Assembly (NCBI GenBank): GCA_040954595.2
Contig: CM082582.2
Coordinates: forward strand, 13,366,327-13,430,326
Reading direction: 5' to 3'
Length of the DNA: 64,000 bases
Source of the DNA: Balanoglossus misakiensis
Taxonomy: Eukaryota; Animalia; Hemichordata
In this document: piece by piece, positions 57,701-64,000 of the stretch
How positions within the stretch are numbered: the first letter of the stretch is position 1
How the letters are laid out: the number at the start of each line of letters is the position of its first letter
Made by a program: the position numbers and the translations under genes
The notes under the pieces: model-generated
Database searches by the model: none
The model's input: only the letters and a program-made list of their open reading frames with translations
Told to the model about the DNA's origin: nothing

Positions 57701-60700
57701 TCAGAAAACCACCAAATTTTGAAAATTCGCAAAGTCGAAAAATTCTCATTTTCTGACGATTTTCCTGAGCTATAACCCATGGTTTTTTCAAAAATCGACC
57801 AAATTTTGAAAATTCGCAAAGTCGAAAAATTCTCATTTTCTGACGATTTTCCTGAGCTATAACCCATGGTTTTTTTCAAAAATCGACCAAATTTTGAAAA
57901 TTCGCAAAGTCGAAAAATTCTCATTTCTGGATGATTTTCATGAGCTATAACCCATGGTTTTTGTCAGAAAACCACCAAATTTTGAAAATTTACAAAGTCG
58001 AAAAATTCTCATTTTCTGACGATTTTCCTGAGCTATAACCCATGGTTTTTTCAAATATCGACCAAATTTTGAAAATTCGCAAAGTCGAAAAATTCTCATT
58101 TCTGGATGATTTTCATGAGCTATAACCCATGGTTTTTGTCAGAAAACCACCAAATTTTGAAAATTCGCAAATTCGAAAAATTCTCATTTCTGGATGATTT
58201 TCCTGAGCTATAACCCATGGTTTTTGTCAGAAAACCACCAAATTTTGAAAATTCGCAAAGTCGAAAAATTCTCATTTTCTGACGATTTTCCTGAGCTATA
58301 ACCCATGGTTTTTTCAAAAATCGACCAAATTTTGAAAATTCGCAAAGTCGAAAAATTCTCATTTTCTGACGATTTTCCTGAGCTATAACCCATGGTTTTT
58401 TTCAAAAATCGACCAAATTTTGAAAATTCGCAAAGTCGAAAAATTCTCATTTCTGGATGATTTTCATGAGCTATAACCCATGGTTTTTGTCAGAAAACCA
58501 CCAAATTTTGAAAATTTACAAAGTCGAAAAATTCTCATTTTCTGACGATTTTCCTGAGCTATAACCCATGGTTTTTTCAAAAATCGACCAAATTTTGAAA
58601 ATTCGCAAAGTCGAAAAATTCTCATTTCTGGATGATTTTCATGAGCTATAACCCATGGTTTTTGTCAGAAAACCACCAAATTTCGAAAATTCGCATAGTC
58701 GAAAAATTCTCATTTTCTGACGATTTTCTTGAGCTATAACCCATGGTTTTTGTCAGAAAACCACCAAATTTTGAAAATTCGCAAAGTCGAAAAATTCTCA
58801 TTTCTTGATGATTTTCATGAGCTATAACCCATGGTTTTTGTCAGAAAACCACCAAATTTTGAAAATTCGCAAAGTCGAAAAATTCTCATTTTCTGACGAT
58901 TTTCCTGAGCTATAACCCATGGTTTTTTCAAAAATCGACCAAATTTTGAAAATTCGCTAAGTCGAAAAATTCTCATTTTCTGACGATTTTCCTGAGCTAT
59001 AACCCATGGTTTTTGTCAGAAAACCACCAAATTTTGAAAATTCGCAAAGTCGAAAAATTTTCATTTCTGGATGATTTTCATGAGCTATAACCCATGGTTT
59101 TTGTCAGAAAACCACCAAATTTTGAAAATTCGCAAAGTCGAAAAATTCTCATTTTCTGACGATTTTCCTGAGCTATAACCCATGGTTTTTTCAAAAATCG
59201 ACCAAATTTTGAAAATTCGCAAAGTCGAAAAATTCTCATTTTCTGACGATTTTCCTGAGCTATAACCCATGGTTTTTTCAAAAATCGACCAAATTTTGAA
59301 AATTCGCAAAGTCGAAAAATTCTCATTTTCTGACGATTTTCCTGAGCTATAACCCATGGTTTTTGTCAGAAAACCACCAAATTTCGAAAATTCGCAAAGT
59401 CGAAAAATTCTCATTTTTTGACGATTTTCTTGAGCTATAACCCATGGTTTTTGTCAGAAAACCACCAAATTTTGAAAATTCGCAAAGTCGAAAAATTCTC
59501 ATTTCTTGATGATTTTCATGAGCTATAACCCATGGTTTTTGTCAGAAAACCACCAAATTTTGAAAATTCGCAAAGTCGAAAAATTCTCATTTTCTGACGA
59601 TTTTCCTGAGCTATAACCCATGGTTTTTTCAAAAATCGACCAAATTTTGAAAATTCGCTAAGTCGAAAAATTCTCATTTTCTGACGATTTTCCTGAGCTA
59701 TAACCCATGGTTTTTTCAAAAATCGACCAAATTTTGAATATTCGCAAAGTCGAAAAATTCTCATTTCTGGATTATTTTCATGAGCTATAACCCATGGTTT
59801 TTGTCAGAAAACCACCAAATTTTGAAAATTCGCAAATTCGAAAAATTCTCATTTCTGGATGATTTTCCTGAGCTATAACCCATGGTTTTTGTCAGAAAAC
59901 CACCAAATTTTGAAAATTCGCAAAGTCGAAAAATTCTCATTTTCTGACGATTTTCCTGAGCTATAACCCATGGTTTTTTCAAAAATCGACCAAATTTTGA
60001 AAATTCGCAAAGTCGAAAAATTCTCATTTTCTGACGATTTTCCTGAGCTATAACCCATGGTTTTTTTCAAAAATCGACCAAATTTTGAAAATTCGCAAAG
60101 TCGAAAAATTCTCATTTCTGGATGATTTTCATGAGCTATAACCCATGGTTTTTGTCAGAAAACCACCAAATTTTGAAAATTTACAAAGTCGAAAAATTCT
60201 CATTTTCTGACGATTTTCCTGAGCTATAACCCATGGTTTTTTCAAAAATCGACCAAATTTTGAAAATTCGCAAAGTCGAAAAATTCTCATTTCTGGATGA
60301 TTTTCATGAGCTATAACCCATGGTTTTTGTCAGAAAACCACCAAATTTTGAAAATTCGCAAATTCGAAAAATTCTCATTTCTGGATGATTTTCCTGAGCT
60401 ATAACCCATGGTTTTTGTCAGAAAACCACCAAATTTTGAAAATTCGCAAAGTCGAAAAATTCTCATTTTCTGACGATTTTCCTGAGCTATAACCCATGGT
60501 TTTTTCAAAAATCGACCAAATTTTGAAAATTCGCAAAGTCGAAAAATTCTCATTTTCTGACGATTTTCCTGAGCTATAACCCATGGTTTTTTTCAAAAAT
60601 CGACCAAATTTTGAAAATTCGCAAAGTCGAAAAATTCTCATTTCTGGATGATTTTCATGAGCTATAACCCATGGTTTTTGTCAGAAAACCACCAAATTTT

Positions 60701-63700
60701 GAAAATTTACAAAGTCGAAAAATTCTCATTTTCTGACGATTTTCCTGAGCTATAACCCATGGTTTTTTCAAAAATCGACCAAATTTTGAAAATTCGCAAA
60801 GTCGAAAAATTCTCATTTCTGGATGATTTTCATGAGCTATAACCCATGGTTTTTGTCAGAAAACCACCAAATTTCGAAAATTCGCATAGTCGAAAAATTC
60901 TCATTTTCTGACGATTTTCCTGAGCTATAACCCATGGTTTTTTCAAAAATCGACCAAATTTTGAAAATTCGCAAAGTCGAAAAATTCTCATTTTCTGACG
61001 ATTTTCCTGAGCTATAACCCATGGTTTTTTCAAAAATCGACCAAATTTTGAAAATTCGCAAAGTCGAAAAATTCTCATTTTCTGACGATTTTCCTGAGCT
61101 ATAACCCATGGTTTTTGTCAGAAAACCACCAAATTTCGAAAATTCGCAAAGTCGAAAAATTCTCATTTTTTGACGATTTTCTTGAGCTATAACCCATGGT
61201 TTTTGTCAGAAAACCACCAAATTTTGAAAATTCGCAAAGTCGAAAAATTCTCATTTCTTGATGATTTTCATGAGCTATAACCCATGGTTTTTGTCAGAAA
61301 ACCACCAAATTTTGAAAATTCGCAAAGTCGAAAAATTCTCATTTTCTGACGATTTTCCTGAGCTATAACCCATGGTTTTTTCAAAAATCGACCAAATTTT
61401 GAAAATTCGCTAAGTCGAAAAATTCTCATTTTCTGACGATTTTCCTGAGCTATAACCCATGGTTTTTGTCAGAAAACCACCAAATTTTGAAAATTCGCAA
61501 AGTCGAAAAATTTTCATTTCTGGATGATTTTCATGAGCTATAACCCATGGTTTTTGTCAGAAAACCACCAAATTTTGAAAATTCGCAAAGTCGAAAAATT
61601 CTCATTTTCTGACGATTTTCCTGAGCTATAACCCATGGTTTTTTCAAAAATCGACCAAATTTTGAAAATTCGCAAAGTCGAAAAATTCTCATTTTCTGAC
61701 GATTTTCCTGAGCTATAACCCATGGTTTTTTCAAAAATCGACCAAATTTTGAAAATTCGCAAAGTCGAAAAATTCTCATTTTCTGACGATTTTCCTGAGC
61801 TATAACCCATGGTTTTTGTCAGAAAACCACCAAATTTTGAAAATTCGCAAAGTCGAAAAATTCTCATTTCTTGATGATTTTCATGAGCTATAACCCATGG
61901 TTTTTGTCAGAAAACCACCAAATTTTGAAAATTCGCAAAGTCGAAAAATTCTCATTTTCTGACGATTTTCCTGAGCTATAACCCATGGTTTTTTCAAAAA
62001 TCGACCAAATTTTGAAAATTCGCTAAGTCGAAAAATTCTCATTTTGTGACGATTTTCCTGAGCTATAACCCATGGTTTTTGTCAGAAAACCACCAAATTT
62101 TGAAAATTCGCAAAGTCGAAAAATTTTCATTTCTGGATGATTTTCATGAGCTATAACCCATGGTTTTTGTCAGAAAACCACCAAATTTTGAAAATTCGCA
62201 AAGTCGAAAAATTCTCATTTTCTGACGATTTTCCTGAGCTATAACCCATGGTTTTTTCAAAAATCGACCAAATTTTGAAAATTCGCAAAGTCGAAAAATT
62301 CTCATTTTCTGACGATTTTCCTGAGCTATAACCCATGGTTTTTGTCAGAAAACCACCAAATTTCGAAAATTCGCAAAGTCGAAAAATTCTCATTTTTTGA
62401 CGATTTTCCTGAGCTATAACCCATGGTTTTTGTCAGAAAACCACCAAATTTTGAAAATTCGCAAAGTCGAAAAATTCTCATTTCTGGATAATTTTCATGA
62501 GCTATAACCCATGGTTTTTGTCAGAAAACCACCAAATTTTGAAAATTCGCAAAGTCGAAAAATTCTCATTTCTGGATGATTTTCCTGAGCTATAACCCAT
62601 GGTTTTTGTCAGAAAACCACCAAATTTTTAAAATTCGCAAAGTCGAAAAATTCTCATTTTCTGACGATTTTCCTGAGCTATAACCCATGTTTTTTTCAAA
62701 AATCGACCAAATTTTGAAAATTCGCAAAGTCGAAAAATTCTCATTTTCTGACGATTTTCCTGAGCTATAACCCATGGTTTTTTCAAAAATCGACCAAATT
62801 TTGAAAATTCGCAAAGTCGAATAATTTTCATTTCTGGATGATTTTCATGAGCTATAACCCATGGTTTTTGTCAGAAAACCACCAAATTTTGAAAATTCGC
62901 AAAGTCGAAAAATTCTCATTTTCTTACGATTTTCCTGAGCTATAACCCATGGTTTTTTCAAAAATCGACCAAATTTTGAAAATTCGCAAAGTCGAAAAAT
63001 TCTCATTTTCTGACGATTTTCCTGAGCTATAACCCATGGTTTTTTCAAAAATCGACCAAATTTTGAAAATTCGCAAAGTCGAAAAATTCTCATTTTCTGA
63101 CGATTTTCCTGAGCTATAACCCATGTTTTTTGTCAGAAAACCACCAAATTTCGAAAATTCGCAAAGTCGAAAAATTCTCATTTTTTGACGATTTTCCTGA
63201 GCTATAACCCATGGTTTTTGTCAGAAAACCACCAAATTTTGAAAATTCGCAAAGTCGAAAAATTTTCATTTCTGGATGATTTTCATGAGCTATAACCCAT
63301 GGTTTTTGTCAGAAAACCACCAAATTTTGAAAATTCGCAAAGTCGAAAAATTCTCATTTTCTGACGATTTTCCTGAGCTATAACCCATGGTTTTTTCAAA
63401 AATCGACCAAATTTTGAAAATTCGCTAAGTCGAAAAATTCTCATTTTCTGACGATTTTCCTGAGCTATAACCCATGGTTTTTTCAAAAATCGTCCAAATT
63501 TTGAAAATTCGCAAAGTCGAAAAATTCTCATTTTCTGACGATTTTCCTGAGCTATAACCCATGGTTTTTGTCAGAAAACCACCAAATTTTGAAAATTCGC
63601 AAAGTCGAAAAATTCTCATTTCTGGATGATTTTCATGAGTTATAACCCATGGTTTTTGTCAGAAAACCACCAAATTTTGAAAATTCGCAAAGTCGAAAAA

Positions 63701-64000
63701 TTCTCATTTCTGGATGATTTTCATGAGCTATAACCCATGGTTTTTGTCAGAAAACCACCAAATTTTGAAAATTCGCAAAGTCGAAAAATTCTCATTTTCT
63801 GACGATTTTCCTGAGCTATAACCCATGTTTTTTTCAAAAATCGACCAAATTTTGAAAATTCGCAAAGTCGAAAAATTCTCATTTTTTGACGATTTTCCTG
63901 AGCTATAACCCATGGTTTTTGTCAGAAAACCACCAAATTTCGAAAATTCGCAAAGTCGAAAAATTCTCATTTTCTGACGATTTTCCTGAGCTATAACCCA
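54755..64000. repeat. Tandem satellite DNA, 87/88-bp monomers (~105 copies, continues past the window end), with higher-order structure
   Basis: Consensus GAGCTATAACCCATGGTTTTT[TCAAAAATCGA|GTCAGAAAACCA]CCAAATTTTGAAAATTCGCAAAGTCGAAAAATTCTCATTT[TCTGACG|CTGGATG]ATTTTC[C|A]T, with an NcoI site in most monomers. The first 2-3 monomers (54755-55050) are 85-88 bp and diverged. Confidence 0.98.

Noticed and set aside
54961-63970. Dozens of repetitive minus-strand ORFs (MRIFRLCEFSKFG...)
   Set aside because: They are artefacts of translating the 87/88-bp satellite; frames shift with monomer length and are broken by stops.
54755-64000. CRISPR-like regular repeat array
   Set aside because: There are no unique spacers, the monomers are contiguous and near-identical, there are no cas genes, and the context is eukaryotic.
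1-64000. tRNA, rRNA, snRNA genes, U12-type introns, transposase or reverse transcriptase ORFs
   Set aside because: None were recognised by eye, and all inferred introns are ordinary GT-AG. Small ncRNAs cannot be excluded without a covariance-model search.

Overview
This is eukaryotic (animal) genomic DNA with GT-AG introns and a mosaic CpG landscape. It is most consistent with a marine invertebrate deuterostome; the taxon is an inference. In order, the window holds: (1) the 3' seven coding exons of an Ajuba-family triple-LIM gene, WTIP-like, ending in a PDZ-type -MTEL (+, 3104-7531); (2) a complete 8-exon G-protein alpha-o gene (+, 12218-26204, 354 aa) inside a ~15 kb CpG-rich domain with six perfect CRE palindromes; (3) an F-box gene on the - strand, head-to-head with (4) a complete 24-exon WDR59 (GATOR2 subunit) gene (+, 32481-54099, ~1005 aa); and (5) a >9 kb 87/88-bp satellite array with 526-bp and ~2190-bp higher-order periodicity, starting about 130 bp after the WDR59 poly(A) signal and running off the window end. 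The 9.9-kb intron 4 of WDR59 hosts two same-strand, single-coding-exon ~350-aa ORFs that share a motif architecture and look like an uncharacterised, diverged paralog pair; this is the most novel-looking item. There is also a young Tc1/mariner-type MITE and three copies of a ~95-bp piggyBac-like MITE. All exon calls were made by manual translation, and no database searches were possible.
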